The translations under genes and the position numbers were made by a program. From Carcharhinus longimanus (taxonomy: Eukaryota), in the NCBI GenBank assembly GCA_030264375.1, contig JASCQW010000162.1:95940558-96004557 (forward strand): a stretch of DNA of 64,000 bases, written 5' to 3'. Within the stretch, counting starts at the first letter, position 1; every line of letters starts with the position of its first letter. The notes beneath the pieces were generated by a model. That model did not search any database. It was not told the DNA's origin and worked only from the letters and a program-made list of their open reading frames with translations. Positions 27,322-41,107 of the stretch are shown in pieces.

Positions 27322-30300
27322 TGATTAATTTCTATGTGGGCTGAATACAAACTTACCAAAGGACTGGCAACTAAACGTATGTTCAGTTTATTTAAAGATA
27401 CAGTACAGGGATATTCAGCAAACTGATTAACTATAAAGGTTCAACAACTGTTATTAACAGTGAAGTATAACTGCAATTCCTTCACAAAGCATGCTGCAAA
27501 CTAAATTAAAACCTTTCTAAACAATGTCTGCCAGTCACACAGTTTACATCCTGGCTACAGACTCATTAGTATATACACAATTAATATATATTACAACATC
27601 CATTTTTCTTCCAAGATAACATTACAAATACATTAAGAGTGAAAATACATAAAGACAGTTCGAAAAAAACTAAACTGTTAAACTCTTGAATAGAAATTAA
27701 TTATAGAACCCCCCTAATGTAAAGGTGATTTAATAATCCACCCAGATCTCACAATAGCATGAACTTCCTGAGATTTGGCCTTTCACATGAATGTTCTTGA
27801 CTTGTAGGTATATTGTCAGGATACTGATTGTTTTCACGGTGGTCTTCCTAGGAGTCTGAGCAGATCTACAAGAGATGGTCGGGAGCTGAGGAATACATCA
27901 TTTCAGCTAGTGAGCTGGCAGTAAAAAAAAACTGTGACTCACAGGAAACTAGCAAGTTGATGGTCGGTTAGTGCTTAGTATTAAAGGGCAGTGTGTAGTC
28001 AACTTAGGATAAAAGGACTCCAGGTAGATCTACAAATTAAAACGTACTGAAACTTAAACTGAAATAAAAATAAATAAACAATTAAAACACATATCTTTGT
28101 CGTTAAGAAACATAATGTTTAGTTATCCATTGTACTAACACTTAATAAACTAAGCAAATTGTAGCATTCATAGAAATTATTCTAATTAAGAAAGCAAATA
28201 AACTAAATTAACTAAACAAGTTACAATGGCAGGGCAGGTGTAAACACAAGAAATAGAAATGAGAATATGCTACTAGGCCCTTCAAGCCTGGCCCACCATT
28301 CAATATAATCATGGCTGATCTGTGTCAGCCCCAACTCCGTTTTTGTGCCATTTCCCGATAGCCCTCTCTTCCGTGATCTATAAAATACTTATCCGCCTCC
28401 ACTACACAATTCCACTCTGAGTCCATCTTTGGAAGTGTTTTAGACATGGTTGGACTGCAAGGCTTCATCCAGTTTTATAATTCTCTTAGCTGACTTCTGT
28501 TCCATATTAATGTCACTTCATCCAATGTTTTGACTTCATTGGATCTGGGCTTTAGATACTTCTGCCGATAACCAAGTTTCTTGGGTAGGACGTATGGCTT
28601 GAACCTTTCGTCCTACATACAGACTAGGCAGTTCTCCAACTGCAAGTCAGTCATTCACTGTCTTCATTCTCCCTTGCTTCTCAAGAAGTTTCTCCAGTCC
28701 TTCTGAGAAATGGGACAGGTAATGACTTGGAAAGATTGTTCCTGCTTACTTTCCAAACACAATTTCTGCTGATGATGTCTAAATGTAACATGGCAATACA
28801 GAGATTTTGTTTTGTTCCCCTGCATTTCATCGTTAAAGACTTAACTATGCAAATCATTCACTCGGTAAGACTATTCTGTAAAAGAGTCAATGAACTCGAA
28901 ATGCTAACTATGTTTCTCTCTTCACAGATGTTGCCAGATCTAATGAACGTATCCAACATTTTCTGTTTTAGTGAGATGTCTACAGTTTTTTTTCAAATTG
29001 GGTAATCTGCTCAGTGTGTCTTAAGTAACCATTATGTTAAACAAGTTTGTACAGGACTTTGAAATCATAGTCCTGTATTTTTAGTCAGGGATCATTGTAG
29101 TTTGGGTAGTACAATTGTCAATGGTTTGCCCCAAATCTTTTCTAATGGTTTGTGATTTTGTTTCCACACTGAATCGTTCACCAAATAAGTATATATGGAA
29201 TATTTTAATACCGAATACCAGAGCGTCTCACACTCCTATTTTCAAATAATTGGATTATGCTTGTGATAATCTTTTGCCACCTTGTACTGTTCACACTCCT
29301 AACTCTTGAGATGTGATGGCCTCCAATACAATCTTTTTGCTTGGCTCATAACACTGTCGAAAACATGTAGCACCTGGCAATGCCTGTTTAAGTGACTTGA
29401 ACATATGTTGATGGTCCTTCTGTCATATATATGGAGAATCCTTATTGATGTAATAGGTGTGAAGAAGCAAGTCCTCTTTGACCTGGGGAATAGGTACATT
29501 TTGTACATTTTCATAAATGCCTGGCTTAGGACAAATCCTGGAGCTTGAACAGATTAAAAAAAAAGTCAGTCTGACCCACATTCACCTGGCATTTCTTGCT
29601 GCTGAAGACAACTCCTTCATGACAAGCTGCTGCCAGTGAGTGCAGACTTTGGATCACTGGAATCTATGACTAACAAACTAATTGCATACAATGAGATACT
29701 CATTCACCACATTGGTATATTAGCACTGAAATGCAGCTATGGCAAGTCTGCATGGAAACCACAAGTATTCTATCCAATGGTCATGAGCAGACCAGCTGTA
29801 GCTGGCTTACCAACATACTCTTCTTTGGTTTTGCCCATCAACATAATACCATTGAATAACGTTTTCTGTAATTCTGCCTATATGCTGCTGGAACAGATCC
29901 TGACTGATGGATCAACTAACGGGTAATCTCTGGGAAGCAGTATTTTCGAAATGGTGCCCTGGAACTAAGGATTTCTTAAGATGACCCTGCCAAATGAACT
30001 GACATATCAAAAACTTTGCTCTTGTGACTTTGGAATTCAATCCTTCCAATGCTAGAATCTTATGTGGGCATCTTCTTGGAGAGAGATTTTGGCATTTTGT
30101 GTCACACCCGCACTGTGCCATCTTTTCTCAGTGCACACATCTGTAACTGCATCAGTCGGTGTGTTGGTGCACACAAAATATAATGCCAAATGCGCCGTGT
30201 CATTCAGTTCACTCTTTAGTTCTTTCTGTACCTGCAAACTATACTTTCGAGAAGGGTTGACTTATGGACTGCACTTCTGAGGTGTAACATAATCACACCT

Positions 30301-32230
30301 CTGAAGTTCCCTATGGCATTGAATGTGTCTGGGTACATCTGTTGTAGGTCATAGATTGATTCAATGAGATTCTTCTCAGCGTCTTCTGCTGTGATTGGTA
30401 ACTTGGCAATCTTATGCATGGTCACAATGTTGAATTTTAAACATGTTGATAACCTAGCTACAGCTGGTCCGTTCATGTCCACTGGATAGAATACTAGTGG
30501 TTTCCATGCAGACTTGCCATAGCTGCATTTCAGTGTTAGTGTACCAATGCAGTGAATGAGTAACTCATTGCATGCAATTAGTTTGTTAATCATAGGTTCC
30601 AATGATCCATATACATATTCTTCATGATTCCAACTGGTAAGATATTTGCATTTGCACCTGTGTCAATTCTGTTTATGAACCGTTTGATGCTATTGGGCAT
30701 ATGATGTTGATAGTAGCAAAGGTTTCAACTGTTTATGAACGTTCACAACTTGTGAACAAAATCAATGTGTAAAAGCCTGTTCATTTTCCAGTTGATATTT
30801 CTGATCTACTTCTTCACCCTGCTCCGACTTGCCACTAATCTTGCGTATGTGCTAGGGCTTAAGTGGATCTCTCCATTGTTGTGACAAGCAGGCTGTATGT
30901 ACTTTTTGTTTGGTTGCATCTTACTTCTGGAATCTAATTTCCAGCAATAGATGAGCCCTATGTCCTTTTACGCCACTTAACTTAAAGATCTTGGAATGCA
31001 GGGCAGCTTCACAGTGGGTGCAGCGAACTGCATTTCCCATATGACTTGCAAGCTTTCTGCATCCTTGCCATCACATTGATACTGATAGTTGCACCTAATG
31101 CTTCCATATATTATTATCCAACTACAATGTCTTGCCATCTTTTATGTCAATATCATGAGCTTTCTTTCACTGCAAAAGATCTTTTTGGAAAGCTTCAATT
31201 GGTGTTCAAGCTATAACCTGCTCCACGATTCATTCAGATAGCTTGGCTTTCAAGAAATCACACCACTTACCCTTAAAGTATCTGATGATGAATTGATCAA
31301 TTGCTTCTTGGAGATGTTTTCTGTAAGCCATCAGCTCCAAATAATGCATTTAAAATTTAGTCTTTACACCAAGCTGATCCTCCAGAATGTTCCACAGCTT
31401 GGCAGGATCCTTCTGATCCTTGTCAGATAGGCCCGAAGTGTTTACTTTGCACATCTCTCACTTTCAGTAGTATCTTGATTTTCAAGATTTGTTTATCCAT
31501 CCCATTTCAGTTAAATCTAAAAATATATCTGTCTTTTCTTTAAAAGGCCTGAATTTGGACATCCTTCCAATTTATGCTGGGGGATTTGATGGTCACCTTC
31601 CTGATGCTTTCTGCCGTATACGATGCTGCTGTCGATGTGCAGGGGGTTCACAGCTTATCAACTCTGTGGGGAGATTCAACAACGCAGCTACTGTGTGGTT
31701 TTCTTTTCCGCAGCAGTTCAGTTTTTTTTTTCTGTTTTGCTTGCTGTCTTTTGCACAGGGATCGCACCTAAGCCCTGCAGCTTGCACTGCCCAACTTAAA
31801 TTCAACTGCTCAATTCACTACCAATCTGGCAAACACCCTAATCAGGTACTAACTGCACTGTGAATCACTGTCTGTAAAGGGCATCAGCCTCTCAGGGTCT
31901 TCAATGCATATACATCCTTTGCACAGTGCAAATCTTGCCTGTGATCTTCAAACTTCATCAATCTGATTAGAAGGAACCACTTCTACTTTCCATGTTGCAT
32001 TTCTATATTTGCTTATGTTTACCAGTCTCGCACAGGACTGAAACTAAACATAGATTTGATTTATTTGAAGATGAGGTACAGATATACTGTAAGGATTCAA
32101 CAGCTATTATTAACAGAAAAGTAGAGCTGCAATTCCTTCACACAGCATGCTACTAACTCAATTGAAAGCACCTCTGTTGGTCACATGGTTTACATCCTGG
32201 CTACTTATCATTTGCATATTATCCCTTCAA
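27322..32230 (-). mobile_element. Decayed Ty3/Gypsy LTR retrotransposon with both LTRs
   Basis: Direct repeats 27322-27598 and 31993-~32230 share aactaaac..tatttaaagat..ttcaaca.ct.ttattaacag..ctgcaattccttcaca.agcatgct..gtttacatcctggctac. On the minus strand a PPT-like ggaagaaaaatgga abuts TGTTGTAA at 27598, and a TGG-starting PBS-like site follows ..CA at 31993. Minus-strand remnants: gag (DQKDPAKLWNILEDQL, TPIEAFQKDL, ~31170-31440), protease (IDTGANANILPV, ~30640-30670), RT (RRCPHKI, ~30070), RNase H (FHIYLFG, HKPLE, ~29130-29200) and an integrase C-terminus (~28550-28650). Many stops and frameshifts. Confidence 0.88.
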
Positions 32231-32699
32231 TCAATGTCGAAATCGTCCTTGTGGGCATATGCAACACGAACAAGACAGCATTACTTGCAAATCTTTGAGG
32301 CATTAAAAGTCAACCACATATCAGAATTACATTTGGGCCAGATGAGGCATGGTGACAGGTTTCCTTTCCTGAAAAGCAAACCAGTTGGGATGTTACGGTT
32401 TTCATGGTTGGCTTCAGGTGCTAACCCACAAATTATCAGATTTATTTTATTCAACTTGAACATCAGACATCAAACGCCCAGTCCAGTATCATAGTCACTA
32501 GGATATTGTGCTTATAATGTTCATGATCACAAGGATGGTAGAGATAACCTAGACGAAGAGTGTTAGAATGAAAATAGTCTTTTTGAATATGTACAGTCTT
32601 GGTGTGAAATATTTTTAGCTTGTACAAAGTTTACTTCATAATAAAAACCAAAACAATGGGAAGAAAACTACAATGCTTAACTATACTTTCCTTTCTAAT

Positions 32700-33325
32700 T
32701 GTTACAGTCCCCATAGAAAGCAATAACCTTAAAAAATAAATTCAAACTTCCAGTTAATATGTATAAGGAGGATGACATGACAAGATTTCATGCTTTACAA
32801 CTTTTACTGAACAGCAAAAGCATGATTGACTAAACACTCTTTTGCAGGTAATTTATGTTTTAAACTACAAAACTTTCCCCTTTTGCTTTATATGTGACTG
32901 AAAAAAGGTACAATTTATCAGTATACTTTACACTGTCCCTTCAGCAGATATTTGATTTTCTCCACAGGTCGAAGCGATTCTCAGCTCACAAGGGTTTCCT
33001 TTCCCAGCCTGTTAACATTTAATTCCTGAACTGTCTTTCACAGTGAAGGATTTCTCTGGTGATTCTCTCTTCTGTGAAGTTCATTTTCCAATCCTTATGA
33101 ATTTGGTTTTCTCAATCCAAGTGTAATTAACCACAGAGACTTTGGCCTTTAGCTTCTCCCTCTCTTCTGGATCTCAGCAGGGTAACTAATCTGCTTGTTT
33201 CAGGGATATCTTACAAATTTTTCCCCTCGCAAAGCTCATGTCTAAGATAACATGAAACACATAGACCTTGAATCCAAGCAGAAATGCTAATTATCTATTC
33301 CTTAGCCCCCAGCTCTATTATATCT
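32700..33325. mobile_element. Solo-LTR-like interspersed repeat
   Basis: Starts TGTTACA and is similar to 39769-40460 (aacttcca.ttaat...ggatgacatgacaa) and to the reverse of 6940-7480. Confidence 0.55.
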
Positions 33326-33329
33326 TAAG

Positions 33330-34900
33330 AACATAACTAGGAGTAGAAATAGGCCATCTGGCTCCTCGAGCCTCCTCCACCATTCAATAAGATAAATGGG
33401 TGATCTTTTTGTGGACTCAGCTCCATTTACCCGCCCACTCACCATAACCCTTAATTCCTTTACTGCTCAATAATCTATCTATCCTTGCCTTAAAAACATT
33501 CGATGAGGGAGCCTAAACTGCTTCACTGGGTAGGGAATTCCACAGATTCACAACCCTTTGGGTGAAGAAGTTCATCAGCAATTCAGTCCTAAATCTGTTC
33601 ACCCTTATTTTGAGGCTATGCCCCCTAGTTCTAGTTTCACCTGCCAGTGGAAACAACCTCCCTGCTTCTATCTTATCTATTCCTTTCATAATCTTATANN
33701 NNNNNNNNNNNNNNNNNNNNNNNNNNNNNNNNNNNNNNNNNNNNNNNNNNNNNNNNNNNNNNNNNNNNNNNNNNNNNNNNNNNNNNNNNNNNNNNNNNGT
33801 TAGGTTGATTGGCTATGCTAAATTGACTGTAGCGTCAGGGGTAAATTAGCAGGGTATTATTAGCAGGCCCTATTTCTGTATTGGGGTTACAGGAATACGG
33901 CTTGGGTAGGATTGTGGTCAGTGCAGACTCGATGGGCCGAATAGCCTCCTTCTACACCATAGGGATTGTATGATTGTATCCTTTCTCAAGTAAGCAGACC
34001 AAAACTGTAGAGAGTACTCCAGGTGTGACCTCACCAGCACCTTCTACAGCTGCAACATAATTTCCTTGTTTTTAAACTCTATCCCTCTAGCAATAAAGGA
34101 CAAATTTCCATTTGCCTTCTTAATTACCTGCAAACCAACTATTTGCAATTCATGCACAAGGACACCCAGGCCCCCTCTGCACAGCAACATGCTGCAATTT
34201 AAATAATAGTCTATTTTGCTATTATTCCTATCCAAATGGATGACCTCACACTTACTAATATTGTATCCCATCGGCCAGACCCTTGCTCACTCACTTAAAC
34301 TATCTATATTCTTCCGCAGACTTCCGGTGTCCTCTGCACACTTTGCTCTACCATTCATCTTAGTGACATCTGCAAACTTTGACACACTACACTTGGTCCC
34401 TAACTCCAAATCATCAATGTAAATCGTAAACAATTGCGGTCCCAACACTGATCTCTGAGGCACACCATTAGTCACCGAACCAGAAAAACAACAATTTGTT
34501 CCCAGTCTTTGCTTTCTGTTAATTAACCAATCCTCTATCGATACTAATAGATTACCCAGAACTCCTGCACCTTATGCAGCAGTCTTTTGTGCAGCATCTC
34601 ATTGAATGCCTTCTGGAAATCCAGATAAACCACATCCACCAGTTCCCTGTTGTCTACCATGCTCATAAAGTCCTCAAAGACTTCCTGTAAATTAGTTAAA
34701 CGTGACCTGCCCTTCATGAACCCATGCTGTGTCTGCCCAATGGAAAAATTTCTATCCAGATGTCTCACTATTTCTTCCTTGACGTTAGATTCAAGCATTT
34801 TCCCCCCTATAAAGGTTAAGCTAACCAGCTTATAGTTAACCATCTGTGGTCTACCTCCTTTTTTTAAACATTGGCATCACATTTGCTCTTTTCCAATCCT
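33330..34900 (-). mobile_element. CR1 LINE (RT domain plus 3' end), interrupted by a gap and a SINE
   Basis: ORFs NYKLVSLT...QHGFMKGRSRLTNL...VDVVYLDFQKAF and GVPQRSVLGPQLFTIYIDDL...SKFADVTK are CR1 RT motifs. The reverse tail is aagaacataactaggagtagaaataggccat. Confidence 0.92.
33799..33978 (+). mobile_element. HE1-like SINE 3' half
   Basis: gttaggttgattggctatgctaaattg...gatgggccgaatagcctccttct...ggattgtatgattgta. Confidence 0.8.
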
Positions 34901-35269
34901 GGAACTAAGTGGACAGTTTATAGCATGGTGGTTTACAAAGTGACATTGTCAAAACTTCCCTGGAATTTTGGAGACTACCAATTGAACCATTCTATACACA
35001 GATATTGCTGCCATTGCATCCAAGTGTGAACCCCATATACCTTCTCCTCAGCAAGACAACCTGGGCCTCCCATGAATCTTTAACTGGCTTCTCACCCAGG
35101 TCTATCAGGCAGACTTCTAAATTAAAAAGTCCCAAAACGTAACAATCATATAAATCTCATTATTATAATAGAGTCCCTGTTCCACTAATGGTTCCAATAT
35201 TCTCTGATATAGAAATATTAATATTTCATAAAAAGCAGGAAGATCTAAATACTTTTGTCATTTCTTTTC

Positions 35270-36010
35270 ATCTATGAATGTGGGAGATATGGATAAGCCA
35301 CATTTATTGCCCATTTCTAGTTGCCCAAAGATGGCGATGGCTGGGTTTCTCCTTGAGCCACTGGTGCAACAGTGCTGTTTGATCAGGAGTTCCAAGATTC
35401 TTTTCCAGCAGTGATAAAGCAATGGACAATGCATAAGTAGTGAAAGCTTTGGAGCTATGTTCCCAAAATATTGCTGGTCTTGTTCCTCTTGATGGTCAAA
35501 AGAAAAAATGCTGTCAATTAACTTTAGTGAATGGCTGATTTCTGTAAATCATACATACAGCAACCACAGCATACGATTGCTGAGAGGGTGGATATGGATT
35601 CCAATAACAAGGCAATTAATCAAGTTAACTGCTCTGTCCTGAATGGTGTCGAGTTTCTTGAATTTATTTGTGGCTACTCCCAGCCAGGCATGTGGAGAGC
35701 AATCCATCACGCAGTTGATTTGAACCTTTGTAGATGGTGGCAAGATTTTCAGGGATCAGAAAGTGAGTCACATGTGGCAAACTACACAGTCTTTCTCCAA
35801 TTTTGTACCACATTGCTGGTACAGTCCTAGTCAAAGGTGACCTGCAGGATGTTAATGATGGGTGAATGATGTCAGTGTTACTATTGAAGATTATAATGAG
35901 ATGACTTGACTTCCTCTTGTTTGAGATTCGCACTTAATTGGCACAAATGTTGACTACCATTTGTATCCTAAATCAACATGTTATTCAGATTCTGTCGTAG
36001 ATAGGCAGGG
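35270..36010 (-). mobile_element. Decayed LINE 3' fragment
   Basis: ORF 35549-35743(-) VMDCSPHAWLGVATNKFKKLDTIQDRAVNLI belongs to the same LINE family as 1834-2037. Confidence 0.75.
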
Positions 36011-36789
36011 GCTACTTCAAAAATGAAGGAATATTCTGAAGTTGACACAAGTAATAACATGAGGATATCACTGTGACAGTCATAAAGTTTGTAAAATGAG
36101 GCTTTGATTCTCCCAAAAAATGATTAACAGCTGACTAATGATTGGCCATCTAATCATTTTTTTCCTCAGTGCTGTAAGAATCTGTACACACAGATTGAGT
36201 ACATTACCTAAGAAATTGAGTACTTGAGGCAACTATGGGGGTCCAAAAGCTGTTCTAAATTTAAGTTGTCCTTAAATTTCACTTAATGACTTTGAACTGT
36301 CACAATGCAAAAAAAAAATTCCACAGGAAAGTTACTTAAAACTGCATAGAACAACAAACTTCACTTATTCACAGTACTTTTCCACTGGTTGGCAAAAAGC
36401 CAGAGACTGCTGCTGACAGTATGGTAAGACGTTCTAAAGTGTAGCTCAAGGATGGTGTTCTCTCCAACACAGGGAATGGCAGGGTCACATTTAACATTGC
36501 TGTATAAGCAATGGAAAATTACCAATGAGCTAAAAATATAACTATGATCTTTCCATTATTAAGTGTAACCAATTATTTGATATTGGTTACACAATTATCA
36601 TTTTAAATCATCTTCTGGTTATAACTTGCACTGCGTAGATGATTTCAGCCATTAATACATTAACTTAAAGATTATTAAGCTTTTATTTAGGAGTAGTGAA
36701 AAATCATACTGAAGTTAGCAATTTGTGTCAGTTTTTCATTTGATTTATTGAAAAATATTTTCTCACTCAAGAATTATTGCACAGGTCAC

Positions 36790-38560
36790 AAATAAGAGAG
36801 CTGGTGGCCCCAGGGTTCAGTTGATAAGGGACAAGTAACATTCACACCACACAAGTGCCAGGCAATAACCATCCCCAGCAATAGAGAATCTACCCATTGC
36901 TCCTTCACATTCAATGGCATTACCATCGCTGAATCACCCACGATCAACATCCTGAGGGATACCATGTACCAGAAACTGAACTGGACCAGCCATATAAATA
37001 CCACAGCTACAACAGCAGGTCAGAGGCGAGAAATTCTGTGACAAGTAACTCACCTTCTAACTCCCCAAAAGTCATCCAGAATCTACAAGGCGTAAGTTAG
37101 GAGTGTGATGGAATATCCAGCTGCCTGGATGAATGCGGCTCCAACAACACTCAAGAAGCTTGAAACCCTCCAGGATAATACAGCCAACCTGACTGGCACC
37201 CCACCCACAAACACTTACGCCCTCACCACTGATACTGAGTAGCAGCTTAGTAGAAACTTAAGTAGTAGAAACTTGAGGACAAACTCTCAAGGCTCTTCAA
37301 ACAACGGCCGGAATTCTCCCAAAAAAATTCTAAGTGTCGAATTTGCATGAAAACTGGAGTAATTCACGCTGTTTTTTCCATGGGAGTTCAGAAAAGAATC
37401 TCCCACACCCTGTGCACTACTGAGGTCACTACCATGCATATTATAAAGCTGGGGGCAGGATCCATTTCCGCTGGAGAGGCCGGCAGCAGAGTGCTGAATG
37501 GGCCACAGCACATGCGCCGATCTCTCAGCGACGAGATCAGTGTGTGCCTCCTGATTGCTGACCAGCCCCACAATCCCTGCGTTGCCAGCTGTCCGAGCTA
37601 TCCCACAGCCTGATCGTTGGCCTGCCCCCACCCATTCCCAGGCCAGCCCCGGAACCCCCCTGCCTGGCCCACCCCGATCTCCAGCCCAGCCTTCCCCGAC
37701 AAATATCCTTGCAGTGTATTCCCCGCCAACCAGACTGATGCCCCCCCAATCCTGATCACTGGCCTCCCTCCTTCTCCTACCAATGCTGTGTGGCAGCAGG
37801 ATCCCCACCTCCACAGATCGCCCCTTGAGGCCACATCAGGCCCTGTCCCTTAGGCACTGCCCTTGCCGTTGGGCATTGGCACTTTGCCCCTTGGGCAGTA
37901 CTGGGGGACCAGGTTGGCATTGCTAAGGTGTCAATGCCCAGGAGGCACTCCGACTGCCCAACCCTCTGGGGGACCCCAACTGCCCCCTCTTCACTCTGGT
38001 GAAAAGCTCTGTAAACCTGCTGACGTGAACCACTCTGGGAAGGGGAGGAGATGTCAGCAGTCTCATATTTCAGTCCCGGGCCCACTAATCTCATTTAAAT
38101 GAGATTCAAATGACCATCGAAATGATTTTCATGCCTCTCTGCCAACTTCCGGCGCAGAGCTGGGATATGCTATTGCGATGGAACGCATGCACGAACACCG
38201 CGAATTGGCCGAGGCAAGAATCTCCCAGCCCACTGCATTAAAAATTAGTGTAGCAGAATGGGAGAATCGCAGCCAACATCTTCCAAACTCGCAACCACTA
38301 CCATCTAAAGGACCAAAGCAGCAGATACATGGAAACACCAACATCTGCAAGTTTCCCTCCAAGCCACTCAACATCTGAAGTTGGAAATATATCATTGATC
38401 TTTCACTGTCACTGGATCAAAAACCTGGATGTCCCTCCCGAAAAGCACTGTGGGTGTACCTCCACCACATGAACTACAGTGGCTCAAGGCAGCAGCTCAC
38501 CACCACCTTCTCAAGGGTAATTTGAAATGGGCAACAACTGCTGGCCTGGCCAGCAAAATA
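36790..38560 (+). mobile_element. LINE 3' portion (plus strand) interrupted by a MITE
   Basis: gtaacattcacaccacacaagtgccaggc...gatgaatgcggctccaacaacactcaagaagctt...gcagcagctcaccaccaccttctcaaggg tail. Confidence 0.85.
37306..38274. mobile_element. Non-autonomous PIF/Harbinger-like DNA transposon (MITE), 969 bp
   Basis: Imperfect TIRs GGCCGGAATTCTCCC / GGGAGAATCGCAGCC and a 3-bp TSD AAC (37303-37305 and 38275-38277). Removing it restores the host LINE sequence. The interior is GC-rich with no transposase ORF. Confidence 0.82.
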
Positions 38561-39768
38561 CACAACAAATATAAGCTTTTACATTTATCAGTGACTTTCA
38601 TTTTGGATTAACAAAATCATATACAAAGGCATCAGTACTGGCATAAAACATTGAACAAGCTATCATATGTTTTGGTAATACAAAACGCAGAAATGTCAAT
38701 GATATCTATTATATATATATATATAACTAATCTAAACTACTTATCTTTTCAGGTTAATGTTTATGAAGTCTGCAGTTTGGATATGTATTACAATCAGTTA
38801 CCTTCTAATGCTGTGATATCAGTTACGATTTGTATTGCATTAGAAACAATTTACTACATTCTGCTAACATTATCTTAACAGATTAGCACCACTTGTTTCT
38901 GAATTGAACGAATAGTTGTGAATTGCAAACATGATGAAAAAGCTTAATGAATTGTATATTTTATCACTTGTTTACAAAAGTATTTATTTGTTCAAGATAT
39001 TTCTATTTTTAAAAATTGGTAATCACTTAATTAAAACTTGAAACTAAATACAGATCACAATTCCTGAATTACTCTAAAACAAAATTAATCTTAAACAGTT
39101 TATAATATAAATACTTAACTCCAAGCTAGAACACCGTTTTCACTTTCACATCTTAAAACAAATTCCTTAGAAGTGATGGGAATGCTCTTTTCTGTCTTTA
39201 ATTTCCAGCAAGGTGCTGCTTAAATAAGTCTATTCTTATTAACTGTGGATCTATCCACAAAGCAAAATCCATCTTAAATGGCACAAGAGCAAGAAAAGTG
39301 CTTATTGTGCAAAATACTCCCACTTTGTATATCAAGAATGAATGAACTTGATTGATATTTAACCAAGTTCTATCTTAAGGCAGACATGAAGATTCTCAGG
39401 AAGTGTCATCTTTACTGACAAGTCATTCTAATGATGCCAACTACAGAGAAATGACATGTATTCTGAATAGGACCACTGCAGAGAAGGCAGTAGTGAGACT
39501 CAAAATCTCATTACACTCTGGAGGATTTGCATTGACGGTTTATAATGTGGTTTCCCAGGGTGAACCCCAGAGTGTTTTCAGACTGGTATGAAATCACAGT
39601 CACCCCGTCTCTATAGTTGTAATAAATATTCCAAAATGCTTCATTAATGTTATCAAAATATCTTCTTAGTGAATGAATCTTTATTCAATGTTAAAAACCA
39701 AGTGAGCAAACAGTAGAGCCCAATAGCCCCACGAATCTGGCTCCAAGTCCATACGTAAATATTGGATA

Positions 39769-40460
39769 TGTTTAGATTCCCGTAGAGACAGATAACATTT
39801 TAAAAAGAAATTGCAACTTCCAATTAATAGCTGAAAAGGATGACATGACAAATAACAAACAACTAAAATATTATTGTCTATGTATTTTTGTAGGTGACTT
39901 ATACTTCAAACTACACAAAGGGACAGTCCTCTTTTATACTTATTACACATTGTTGGATGGATTGGAACTCTGTGGAGAGCACAGTTGCTTCTAGCTTCCA
40001 GTGGGCTCAATTTTTCCTCATTTCATTGAGTCATAACTTTGAATGATCATCCCCAGGTGCTTCCCTCAGCTTTTGAAGTTTCCCATATCCACTAACAGCA
40101 GTAAAGTCCTTTTATTTGACCTTTCCTCTCTGGCCATATCAAGATGAATCTCCCAGAATCTTTAGGTAGCTGTGGAATGTCCTAGCTAAAGATTGTCTCC
40201 CATCTGCATCCAGCTTCACTAGCTTGCAAAGACCCTGCAGCCTCTTCCCTCTGCTGCTCAAACAAACTATTGCTCTTTTCCTACCTCTCTTTTCCTTCTG
40301 CCTTAAAAATTGGGGCCAGCAAGTCTATTTACTGCCTTTTCCCTTTGTTCCTAGATGACAACTTTGGATGTTGTTCAGCCAGTCCTTCAAATAAACCAGA
40401 GTTCAGAATTGTCACACGACTCCCTTCATTTTAACTTCCAAAACATTATCATCTTATAAA
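39769..40460. mobile_element. Solo-LTR-like interspersed repeat
   Basis: Similar to 32700-33325 over the first ~150 bp. Confidence 0.5.
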
Positions 40461-40589
40461 CCTCAATTGTAACAGATAAAGTTGAACACAGACATAAAAG
40501 CCATTAGAATTAACAGATCTAGTTTTCCAGAAGGCTTTTACTATAGCATCACATAATAGAGCAAAGAATGAAATCAGCACATGGAGTCT

Positions 40590-41070
40590 GGAGACAAGTA
40601 ACAGAATGGATAGCTGGCTGGCTTTGGTAAAGGGTAGCTATTCAGATTGACAGAAGGTGGGAGTGGGATCTCACAGATCAAGTGCAGAGGCTGGTCTTGT
40701 TCACAATTTATATTAATGGTTCAGGCTTTGGAATCAAAGACACAATTACTAAATTTGTGGATGACGCGAAGCTGGGAGGGGCTGCAATTAATTACAAGAT
40801 GACAATAATAAACTTGCTAAATAGGCACATGATTGGCAAGTGAATCAGCGAAAATTGAGCTGGCTGCATTTACTTTCTCTTGAACAAAGACAACTGAGGA
40901 GTGGCCTGAAAGGGGTCTTTAAAATTATGCATGTATCTATCAAGTAGGTACAAAATATATTTCTACTTGTGGGGAAGAACAAAAGTGGAGACCATCAACA
41001 TAAGATAGTTACCAAGAAATCAAACAGGTAATGCAACAACAATTTGTATTTAACATAAGAAAATGTTCCA
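40590..41070 (+). mobile_element. Decayed CR1 LINE RT fragment
   Basis: ttcacaatttatattaat...aaatttgtggatgacgcgaagctggga corresponds to the FTIYIN...KF(A/V)DD(T/A)KL motifs. Confidence 0.7.
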
Positions 41071-41107
41071 CAAAACTTCACAGAACCATTACAAATCAGA
41101 ATTTGAC

